NCBI GenBank assembly: GCA_051252375.1
Contig: JBPOFY010000003.1
Coordinates: 128,001 to 192,000, forward strand
DNA from: Opitutaceae bacterium
GTDB taxonomy: Bacteria; Verrucomicrobiota; Verrucomicrobiia; Opitutales; Coraliomargaritaceae
Length of the DNA stretch: 64,000 nt
Reading direction: 5' to 3'
Part shown: positions 55,110 to 64,000 of the stretch, piece by piece
Layout: every line of letters starts with the position of its first letter
Position numbering within the stretch: position 1 is the stretch's first letter
Notes under the pieces: generated by a model
The model's input: the letters and a program-made list of their open reading frames with translations, nothing else
What the model was told of the DNA's origin: nothing
The model's database searches: none
Translations under genes and position numbers: made by a program

Positions 55110-55523
55110 ATGGACTCGGAAACAGAAAAACACAAAGACCCTGCCGTTCATAAGAATAAGGGTATAACTCGCGTGTTGAAAGCATTTGGCTATTCACTTG
55201 AGGGAATTGCTTCGAGTTTGAAGCATGAGGCGGCTTTCCGCCAGGAAGCTATATTCGCCTGTATATTGGTGCCAGTGTCTTGTTTTCTTCATATGCCGCT
55301 GGCGCATCATTTGATCTTGGTCGCCTCAGTGTTGTTGGTGCTCATTGTGGAGCTGATCAATTCTGCGATTGAGGCAGTGGTTGATGATATTTCATTGAAG
55401 CACCGTCCGCTCGCCAAGCGTGCTAAGGATATCGGGAGCGCTGCGGTATTCTTCAGCCTTTTGAATTGTTTGATCTGCTGGGTGTCTGTCATTGCGGCGA
55501 ATTGGTCACAAATAGTGAGCTAG
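55110..55523 (+). CDS. dgkA: diacylglycerol kinase
   Basis: YSLEG, EAAFRQE, VELINSAIEAVVD, AKDIGSAAV. Confidence 0.93.
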   Translation: MDSETEKHKDPAVHKNKGITRVLKAFGYSLEGIASSLKHEAAFRQEAIFACILVPVSCFLHMPLAHHLILVASVLLVLIVELINSAIEAVVDDISLKHRPLAKRAKDIGSAAVFFSLLNCLICWVSVIAANWSQIVS

Positions 55524-55532
55524 AAGCCAATA

Positions 55533-55994
55533 ATGTTACACATCGTTCTATTTAACCCTGAAATCCCGCAGAATACCGGAAACATCGGTCGGCTCTGCGC
55601 GATCACCGAAACGCGCTTGCATTTGATTCATCCGCTCGGCTTCACGATCACCGATAAGCACTTGAAACGCAGTGGGATGGACTATTGGCATTCTTTGGAT
55701 GTGCATCATCACGATGATTGGGACGCTTTTCAGGCGAGTCCACATAAGCCGGAGCGACTCTGGTTATTCACTACGAAGGCAGATCATGTATATTGGGACG
55801 TGCAATACGCCGATGGCGACGGACTGGTCTTTGGCAACGAGGGGCATGGCGCCCCGGACTGGTTGCACTCCCAGATGGAAGGGCAACGGCTCACGATCCC
55901 GCATAAAAACACGGATTTGCGCTCGTTGAACCTTTCGACCGCAGTGGGAATTGCGACTTATGAAGCGATTCGCCAATTATCGTTGGGTTCCTAG
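55533..55994 (+). CDS. trmL: tRNA (cytidine/uridine-2'-O)-methyltransferase TrmL
   Basis: PEIPQNTGNIGRLC, GMDYW, FGNE.HG, RSLNLS. Confidence 0.93.
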   Translation: MLHIVLFNPEIPQNTGNIGRLCAITETRLHLIHPLGFTITDKHLKRSGMDYWHSLDVHHHDDWDAFQASPHKPERLWLFTTKADHVYWDVQYADGDGLVFGNEGHGAPDWLHSQMEGQRLTIPHKNTDLRSLNLSTAVGIATYEAIRQLSLGS

Positions 55995-56041
55995 TTGGTG
56001 AGCCAATGCTGTTAACGGCATTGAATACCAGTATTTTAGGC

Positions 56042-56181
56042 TTGCAGGCGAGGGTCGGACACCTACTTTCCTGCGTTCCTTTAGCGATGATCGGTATCAT
56101 CGACTGCGCCTCGGCGTAGGTAGTTAATCAACAATAACATCCAACCAGCTGCCACTTCGGTGTGCAGCACACATACAGTAT
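56042..56181 (+). promoter_or_regulatory. rpsA promoter and structured 5' leader
   Basis: TTGCAG-N16-TACTTT; three hairpins (56085-56102, 56104-56119, 56148-56168 with cUUCGg loop); A/C-rich linker; no SD. Confidence 0.55.
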
Positions 56182-57837
<1,656 letters not shown>

Positions 57838-57862
57838 ACCTCGTTTACCGCAACTATCTAAC

Positions 57863-57894
57863 AAAGCCCCGCAGTTTTCTGCGGGGCTTTTTTT
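57863..57894 (+). terminator. intrinsic terminator after rpsA
   Basis: AAAGCCCCGCAG-TTTT-CTGCGGGGCTTTTTTT. Confidence 0.9.
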
Positions 57895-57943
57895 GTGCCT
57901 ATTGTTATTTGCTGTGTATGGCTTGTTTAGATCTAGGGAATAC

Positions 57944-58040
57944 TTGGAGGGCAATGCTCCGTCATTGCCGTTCGCCAGGAGCGTTCAAAATTAACTGGTC
58001 GTAAGTCATACGTGCGGAAACGACGGAGCGTTTCCCTCCA
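57944..58040. repeat. REPIN-like element with GGAG foot, copy 2
   Basis: TTGGAG-GGCAATG-CTCCGT-CATTGCC ... GGAAACG-ACGGAG-CGTTTCC-CTCCA. Confidence 0.8.
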
Positions 58041-58190
58041 GAGCCTCACTGATTCGTTCTCTAAGCATCGATTCCAAGCAGGTGTTTCCCATTAATCTAC
58101 GATGAACTTTTTTGTGCCTACATTCCGGCTCCTGCATTCTTGCTTTCCTTTTCGAAAAGTAATTCACTGCCTGTCGTGTTTTCCCTTCGT

Positions 58191-58742
58191 ATGATTCGTC
58201 ATGTTCTGCCTGCCATATTGTGTGGTGGTGCCCTCATTCTGTCGAGCTGCGTGACTCAAAAGTCTAAGCCCGCGAATATCCCGTTCCATACGCTCTATCG
58301 ACCCATTAACGATGCAGGTGCACAGCAATTTCTAGAGCAGGGGATTGCAGTGCTGCGCCGTGACCATGCGCCCCTCGAGTTTCCAGTGCGGCAGGTGTTA
58401 CTTCGCTATGCGGAAAAAAATGAAATCGGTCGTGGTTATAAAGTTCGCGAGCACTTTTCGCTCACCGAAATTGTCGACGCGCAGCAGGGCATTTTTGCCA
58501 TCTACATCGCAGTGCCCCCGAGCGATCCGGAATTTTACCCATTCTTGGCACATGAAATCGGTCATTTGAAGCGACCCTCAGTTGAAGATGACTGGGATAT
58601 GGAAGGTTGGTGCACTGTTTTCTCTGAAAAGCTCTGCGCAGAACTAGGCAAAGACTGGAGCGCGTGGACACAGCGCTTTAAGGATAATCCCAAGGAAAAA
58701 TACGCACGCTCTTATTTTAAGGCCAAGCTCGAGAATCAGTGA
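58191..58742 (+). CDS. lipoprotein with HEXXH motif (putative zincin metallopeptidase)
   Basis: lipobox LSSC; LAHEIGHL then EGWC; start MIRHV. Confidence 0.65.
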   Translation: MIRHVLPAILCGGALILSSCVTQKSKPANIPFHTLYRPINDAGAQQFLEQGIAVLRRDHAPLEFPVRQVLLRYAEKNEIGRGYKVREHFSLTEIVDAQQGIFAIYIAVPPSDPEFYPFLAHEIGHLKRPSVEDDWDMEGWCTVFSEKLCAELGKDWSAWTQRFKDNPKEKYARSYFKAKLENQ

Positions 58743-58831
58743 TCTATCCTCGGAACTGTCAGTAGCTAGAAATTTCTCTAATTATTAAACGCGGGGTGTT
58801 CTCTTTCGCAAAATGTGGTATAGTGCGCTCT

Positions 58832-60163
58832 ATGAAAAATTCATCTGCTGTTCGTCCTGTTGTTTTGATGGGTGCCTGCCTGCTCACGCTACTGTTGGGT
58901 GTTTTTATTGGTTTTCAATTGGACGGCCGAGGACCTGATGCGGAACAGTCGTCAAATGAGCGAACTGCTAAGACGGCTAAGACCGGGGAGCGGACGATGG
59001 TGCAGGAGCTCGGAGCGTCTGGTGGGCTTGGTGCTGAGTTGACTGCAGATGAACTGGAGGCGGCGAGTCAGCTAAGTCCTCAGTTAGTAGAGCTCGATGG
59101 ATTTTTGCGTATGGCTCAAATGGATCCTTTGGCTGCGGCGGAGGAAGCTTTGTCAGCCTCGAACGATTTGGAGCGTATCTCTAAACTTGCGCTCTTGCTC
59201 GCCGAGGCCAGTTCCGAAGATATGCCGGGGATTGCGGAATTGATTTCCAGTGAATCGAACGATTTCGACCGGATGCAACAAATGGGCATGCTGTATTATG
59301 CTTGGGGGCGCGTCGATGCGCCTACCGCGGTGGCTTATGCAGAAGAGCAGGGTGGTCGTCATGCGGGCATGGCCACAGCAGTGGCGCTCTCATCTTGGGC
59401 AAGTCTTGATCCCAGCAGCGCGCGTGCATGGGTCGATGGGCAAGAGAACCCGAGCCGCTATCAGAGAGGTCTGTTGATCGGGTGGAGTGAGCAAAATCCT
59501 CAGCAAGCACTGCAATATATTGCTGGATTGGGCACTGAGTCTAATTTAATGGATCGTTGGGCTGCGCCTCAAATTGCACGCAACTTGATCAGCGCGCGTG
59601 GCGTGATGGCTTTAGACGATCTAGCGGCCATGCCAGCGACTCAAAATCGTCGTGAATTGCTAGAGCGCTTGGCCGACGAGCTCGGGGAGACGGATCCTGC
59701 GGCGGCGGCTGTGCACCTCTCTTCGATTAAGGATACAGAAATTTTAAGAACCGCGGTGCCCGAAGTCGCACAGGAGTGGGCTCGCAACGATCCGCAGGCT
59801 GCGGTCGAGTTTGTTTCTGACTATAAGGAAAACACTGAGGTCTATTCTCGCGCGATGGCCGAAGCGATTGAGGAGTGGGCCGAACGCGACCCCTATGAAG
59901 CGGGCGTGTATTTAAATTCTCTGCCCGCTTCGCCGGATCTGGACCGGTCGGTTGCTGAGTATTCCCGAGAAGTGGCACGAGTTGACCCTGATGGTGCTAT
60001 GAGTTTTGCGGTCTCTGTAAATGATCCACGGATACGTGCGGATACTATTCGGCGTGTGGCTCGAGATTGGCAGCGTTCCTCACCTGAAGATTACGCTGCT
60101 TGGGTAGCCGCTAATCCAGAGGTCGCTCCTGCCGATACTGGAAACGACTCTCGCAGAGATTGA
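58832..60163 (+). CDS. membrane-anchored alpha-solenoid repeat protein
   Basis: N-terminal TM; repeated W...DP.AA units (WGRVDAPTAV, WASLDPSSAR, WARNDPQAAV, WAERDPYEAG). Confidence 0.8.
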   Translation: MKNSSAVRPVVLMGACLLTLLLGVFIGFQLDGRGPDAEQSSNERTAKTAKTGERTMVQELGASGGLGAELTADELEAASQLSPQLVELDGFLRMAQMDPLAAAEEALSASNDLERISKLALLLAEASSEDMPGIAELISSESNDFDRMQQMGMLYYAWGRVDAPTAVAYAEEQGGRHAGMATAVALSSWASLDPSSARAWVDGQENPSRYQRGLLIGWSEQNPQQALQYIAGLGTESNLMDRWAAPQIARNLISARGVMALDDLAAMPATQNRRELLERLADELGETDPAAAAVHLSSIKDTEILRTAVPEVAQEWARNDPQAAVEFVSDYKENTEVYSRAMAEAIEEWAERDPYEAGVYLNSLPASPDLDRSVAEYSREVARVDPDGAMSFAVSVNDPRIRADTIRRVARDWQRSSPEDYAAWVAANPEVAPADTGNDSRRD

Positions 60164-60205
60164 GTCGGCTCCGTGTAAGTATCCAAACTTGGGTGGTGCG
60201 CAGGG

Positions 60206-60427
60206 CGCGGCGTATGGCGCTACCTTAAGCGACTAAATATAAAGAAGTAAGTTTATACGGACCTAACTGTTTTCTGCCGCAAAGGTAGGGACGCCTGCCC
60301 ACAGGCGTCCAAGGTAGAAGGAAATGTCGCGGACGCCTAGAGGTAGGCGTCCCTACCGAATACGCTCATATGTGCATCAATTTCGCCTAAAAATAGTGCC
60401 ATTTTGTCCGCGGCGTATGGGGCTACC
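60206..60427. repeat. composite REP cluster: REPIN flanked by 19-bp direct repeats
   Basis: GGTAG-GGACGCCT..AGGCGTCC...GGACGCCTA..TAGGCGTCC-CTACC at 60284-60357; CGCGGCGTATGG[C/G]GCTACC at 60206 and 60409. Confidence 0.75.
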
Positions 60428-60459
60428 AAAACTCCCAGCTATTACTTTAACAGATGAAC

Positions 60460-61029
60460 TTAGTTCTTCTTTGGTAGAATCACGCGTCGGCGAGGGACCG
60501 CTACCGAAGGTTTGGAATTGTTATTTACCTTAATTGTTACGCCTGGAGGCAAGCTCGGTTTTGCATTATTTGCTTGTGCGGGAGGTGCTGATACGGCGAC
60601 TGCCATAGGAACGTCAGTTGATTCCATTAGCGATAGTTTTTCAGTTCGTCCGTTTTGGCTCACTGTGACGGTCTTGGAGTCGGCATCAAACTTCGTGATT
60701 TTGATATTGTCGCGGCTTTCTCCTTCGGGAATCCAATAACCCTTTTGATCGCTTTTATTGAAAAGGCTGAATTTGTAGACGCCATTCATTTGGACGATTC
60801 CACGAAACTCGATTTGCCGTGCAATGGCTCCATTCACAACAACTGGTTTTGGCTCTACGCGTGTCGGCTTCTTGTGGTCGTGCGGTAGAAACGGACTTCT
60901 GCTTTCGAGTGTTTGACTCGTAAGTGAGAGGGAGGAGGTGAGTGTAAACAATACGCACAGCAGTAACTGGCGACCAAATATGCGGTCGCTTTTAGCAGAG
61001 GGGCAATTCGCTGTAGTTGATGGATGCAT
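60460..61029 (-). CDS. putative type II secretion accessory protein (GspC HR/PilP-like)
   Basis: signal/TM then RSPF, IEFRGIV, W...GES; directly downstream of the secretin. Confidence 0.6.
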   Translation of the reverse strand: MHPSTTANCPSAKSDRIFGRQLLLCVLFTLTSSLSLTSQTLESRSPFLPHDHKKPTRVEPKPVVVNGAIARQIEFRGIVQMNGVYKFSLFNKSDQKGYWIPEGESRDNIKITKFDADSKTVTVSQNGRTEKLSLMESTDVPMAVAVSAPPAQANNAKPSLPPGVTIKVNNNSKPSVAVPRRRVILPKKN

Positions 61030-61034
61030 CGATG

Positions 61035-63185
61035 TTATCGTGTGCGGCTATTAGAACGTGATTTGGTTTCACTTTCAACCTTTGGTTCTTCCTCTTCAAA
61101 CTTACTGCCGTCGAGGTAGATGTCCCCGGTGGTGCGCTCTTGGAGATATTCATTGATCACCTCTTTCTCTGATGCGTTATCAATATAATCTTTCGATAAA
61201 ATATCAGCTTGATCTGGATTGTTCAGAACCGTAGGGCGTATGAAAATAATGATTTCAGTTCGGTTATAATCATCGGTTGAGCCACCAAAGATATTTCGTA
61301 TCCCAGGAAGTCTACCTATGATCGGGAAGTAGCTGTTGCTGTCGCCTCCAGAGTTTTCTTGTAGTCCCCCTAGCACGATGATTTGCCCATCTTTAACGCT
61401 GATGGTTGATGTGGCTTCACGCACGCCGATTACAGGTTGGTCGTTTCCGTCGATTGAGACGGTATCGACGATGTTTTCGACTGTTTGTTCGATGACCATT
61501 TGCACGGTGCCGTCGGCTCCAATTAGTGGAGTTACCGTCAATTTTATACCAATGTCCCGATATTCAACGGAGCTGCTACTGGTTCCACTGCTATTATTGA
61601 AATTAGTGCTGCCGGTAATGATGGGTTGAGAGCGGCTGACGTTGATGATGCCTTCTTCATTGTGGCTGACGACAATTCGTGGCGTGGAGAGCACACGTGT
61701 GTCACCATCGGCGTTGATCGGGTTGATGGCAGTTGCGAGAGTGAAGTCGGTTGGGTTATCTATACTGATGGCACCTTGAGAGAAGCTAAGGCCACCCGCT
61801 GTTCCAGCTACGATAGATTCAAATGACTTTGTAATGCCATTATAGGTAAAGCCGAGACTGCTCAACCCACTGGTTTGTTTTTCACTCAGAGTGACCTGCG
61901 TGATGATTGCTTCGATAAGCACCTGTGGGAGTGGGATGTCGATTTTCTCGATTAACTCTTTGAGTGTCTTCAGGTCTTGGTTCGTGCCGTAGGCGACGAT
62001 GGAGTTGGTGCGCTCATCGGCGGAGAGACCGACGAAGCTGGAGAACTGTAGCGAGCTGTTGGATTCCGAACTCGCGCTGCTTGTGTTGCTGGCAACCGCT
62101 TGTGTGGGAACGTTCGGCTGAGCGTTGTTGTTATTGTTGCCGTTGTTGTTATTGTTCCGGTTGTTGTTATTCTGGTTGTTGTTACTTTCGTTTTCACGAG
62201 TCACTTTGGCGTCTTCCTCGCGACCTTCTTTTTGACCAGAAATAATGTTTTCGATGATTGGGACAACTTCGATGGCCTTCGCTTGGCGGAGCTGGAAGAC
62301 TTCACTGCCAGTGAGTGGCGCCGCATCCACATCGATACTGGCGATCACATTCATGATCGGCTCGATATTACCTGGGTGAGTGATTAGAATGAGTTGATTG
62401 GTGCGTTCATCTGCAGTGACACTGGTATTGCCATCGAGGTAACTTTTGAGTGGACCTTGGATGAGGTTTTCAAGGCGCTCCTGCATTTCAGGGGCTTGCA
62501 CATAATCGAGCTTGATGAATTGAATAGTTTCGCGGACTGCTTGTGGGCGGTCGGCTTCGTTGAGGATTTGCTCGATGCGCTGAAGATTGACGAGGGCGTC
62601 GGTTACGAGTAGCGCGTTGGACTTAGCAAATGGGATCATGCTGGAATTCTGAGAGAGCAGCGGTTGAACGAGTGTGCCACTGATTAGCTCAGCGTTTAGG
62701 TAATCGAATTTAAAGATCTTGGCGTAGATCTGTTGGCTGGCAGGTAATCCGAGTGCGCTGCCTATCAGCATCTCCGGCACGTGGCTGTTTACATTGGTGG
62801 CGGGCACGGCTTTCATGAAGCGACCACCCATATCGGTGAGCATGATGCCGTTCAGAGTGAGCAAACTTTCGAGTGCGAGGACGGATTCTTTTTGTGAGAT
62901 CGGCCCGTTGGAATTGAAGTTGATCTTCGCGGGGGAGATGTCTTGTCGACGAAGAATGATTTTGCCGGTCATTTGCTCTAGTAGATCGAGCACTTGGAGT
63001 GAGGATTCATCGACGAGTATGAGTTCGCCGATGATTTGATCTGGTGCCTCGGGCTCTGGTTCGACGGGCACAATTGCAGCTGTGGCTGAGTCAACTGCTG
63101 GCGGAGCGGCTTCTTCCTGTGCCGATGCGGAGATCAGCGCTAGAAAGCAAAATACGGGGAGGATAAATCTGCGAATTGTATGCAT
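61035..63185 (-). CDS. gspD: type II secretion secretin GspD
   Basis: N0-N3 domains (ADERTN repeats), PQVLIEA, LSTPRI, GIKLTVTP, IVLGGL, P.LPGI..IF, EIIIFIRP. Confidence 0.92.
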   Translation of the reverse strand: MHTIRRFILPVFCFLALISASAQEEAAPPAVDSATAAIVPVEPEPEAPDQIIGELILVDESSLQVLDLLEQMTGKIILRRQDISPAKINFNSNGPISQKESVLALESLLTLNGIMLTDMGGRFMKAVPATNVNSHVPEMLIGSALGLPASQQIYAKIFKFDYLNAELISGTLVQPLLSQNSSMIPFAKSNALLVTDALVNLQRIEQILNEADRPQAVRETIQFIKLDYVQAPEMQERLENLIQGPLKSYLDGNTSVTADERTNQLILITHPGNIEPIMNVIASIDVDAAPLTGSEVFQLRQAKAIEVVPIIENIISGQKEGREEDAKVTRENESNNNQNNNNRNNNNNGNNNNNAQPNVPTQAVASNTSSASSESNSSLQFSSFVGLSADERTNSIVAYGTNQDLKTLKELIEKIDIPLPQVLIEAIITQVTLSEKQTSGLSSLGFTYNGITKSFESIVAGTAGGLSFSQGAISIDNPTDFTLATAINPINADGDTRVLSTPRIVVSHNEEGIINVSRSQPIITGSTNFNNSSGTSSSSVEYRDIGIKLTVTPLIGADGTVQMVIEQTVENIVDTVSIDGNDQPVIGVREATSTISVKDGQIIVLGGLQENSGGDSNSYFPIIGRLPGIRNIFGGSTDDYNRTEIIIFIRPTVLNNPDQADILSKDYIDNASEKEVINEYLQERTTGDIYLDGSKFEEEEPKVESETKSRSNSRTR

Positions 63186-63216
63186 ATCGTTACGGGGAAA
63201 AGTATTTTGCGAACTC

Positions 63217-63780
63217 TTAGTTTTGTAGAGTTTCGTCTTTTAAATCGAAGGAATTGATTTCTAGGCGGACGTCTAGTTGTTCGGGGTTTTTGCGATTGGC
63301 TGAAATACGAACGCTTTGGATATTAATGTAAGGGGTTTCTCGTTTGAGCAACTTGTTGATGTTGATCAGTTGGGAGATGGAGATGCGGCTTATACGGACG
63401 CGTAAATTATGGTCGTTGAAGATTTCACCTTCACGGGTGCGGACGGGGTCGATGTCGGCTTGGTTGGAGAGTCCGGCTTTGCGGAGCAGGTCGTCGATTT
63501 TTCCGGAGAGTTGCGACGCTGAATATGTTTTGGTTGGGTCGACACGCTCGAGTGCGACGGCAAGACCTTCATCGTAAAAGTCGCTGCGGTCGATCCATTG
63601 TTGTTGGGTGGCCAGCTCCACGGCTGAGAGTTTGCGCATTTCGTTCCACTTGGAGGTGCGCTGCATCCAGCCATTTCCCCAGATCAGTAGCATGACCAGC
63701 AGGAAGAGTAGGCAGAGCAATTTTTCCCGCACGCTCATGCGTCTGTAGAGACGCTTCAATTTTTGAATCAGGGCATCCAT
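63217..63780 (-). CDS. type II secretion protein GspM/PilO-like
   Basis: MSVREK then TM, coiled coil, ferredoxin-like C-domain; upstream of gspD. Confidence 0.7.
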   Translation of the reverse strand: MDALIQKLKRLYRRMSVREKLLCLLFLLVMLLIWGNGWMQRTSKWNEMRKLSAVELATQQQWIDRSDFYDEGLAVALERVDPTKTYSASQLSGKIDDLLRKAGLSNQADIDPVRTREGEIFNDHNLRVRISRISISQLININKLLKRETPYINIQSVRISANRKNPEQLDVRLEINSFDLKDETLQN

Positions 63781-64000
63781 TAGGTAGCGTCGGGCTCTTT
63801 AGAGGTGTTTGCTTCTTTATTCGGTGTGGAGGCATTATTATCCGGAGCGGCGGTTTCTTCGACCGTTACGGTTGGCTCTACTTCTTGGTGAGTGTAGTCC
63901 AGTGTCGCCGTGAAAGTAGTGGTGCCACCCCGGGTGATGTATTTAGGTGTGCCAATCAGCGAAAAAGTTCCGGACTTGCTGAGACTTTCGGTGTAACGGT
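63780..64000 (-). CDS. C-terminal fragment of a GspL/PilN-like protein (continues beyond the window)
   Basis: open frame ...RYTESLSKSGTFSLIG...FTATLDY...EPDAT*, TAATG overlap with the gspM-like gene. Confidence 0.6.
   Translation of the reverse strand, partial: RYTESLSKSGTFSLIGTPKYITRGGTTTFTATLDYTHQEVEPTVTVEETAAPDNNASTPNKEANTSKEPDAT

Overview
A gene-dense core-genome segment of a bacterium, most likely Verrucomicrobiota (Opitutia, Coraliomargarita/Lentimonas-like). The taxon is inferred from the PVC-signature small basic protein at 34463-34621 and from typical verrucomicrobial secreted and repeat proteins. It holds about 62 CDS and 2 tRNAs (Val-TAC, Gly-CCC). Housekeeping genes include menD (partial), cysH, a cyclophilin, cobA-hemD, hemC, ilvH-ilvC, rpe, sufS-sufU, sucA-sucB-lpdA, ybaB-recR, ptsH, mgtE, two fluC, psd, pntAA-pntAB-pntB, fbaA, rpoN, an A-type Fe-S carrier, polA, dgkA, trmL and rpsA. 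Also present are a TetR-OMF-MFP-RND efflux operon, the end of a type II secretion cluster, a MASE1 hybrid kinase, an OlsF-like lipid acyltransferase, FHA proteins, a Ser/Thr kinase, an octaheme TPR cytochrome and a PhoX-like secreted protein. I found no transposase, integrase, prophage or CRISPR array. The most interesting signals are non-coding: (1) a candidate Na+-I (DUF1646) riboswitch with its own promoter and U-tract ahead of an OadA-like carboxyltransferase; (2) tRNA-Val followed by an intrinsic terminator 5 nt before the ilvH start; (3) degenerate 6-7-mer tandem arrays filling many operon junctions; (4) several REP/REPIN families, including two copies whose hairpin loop is exactly inverted; (5) a sigma54-type promoter before an FHA gene, with a Ser/Thr kinase lying directly upstream of rpoN. 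All calls come from reading motifs by eye, with no database searches.
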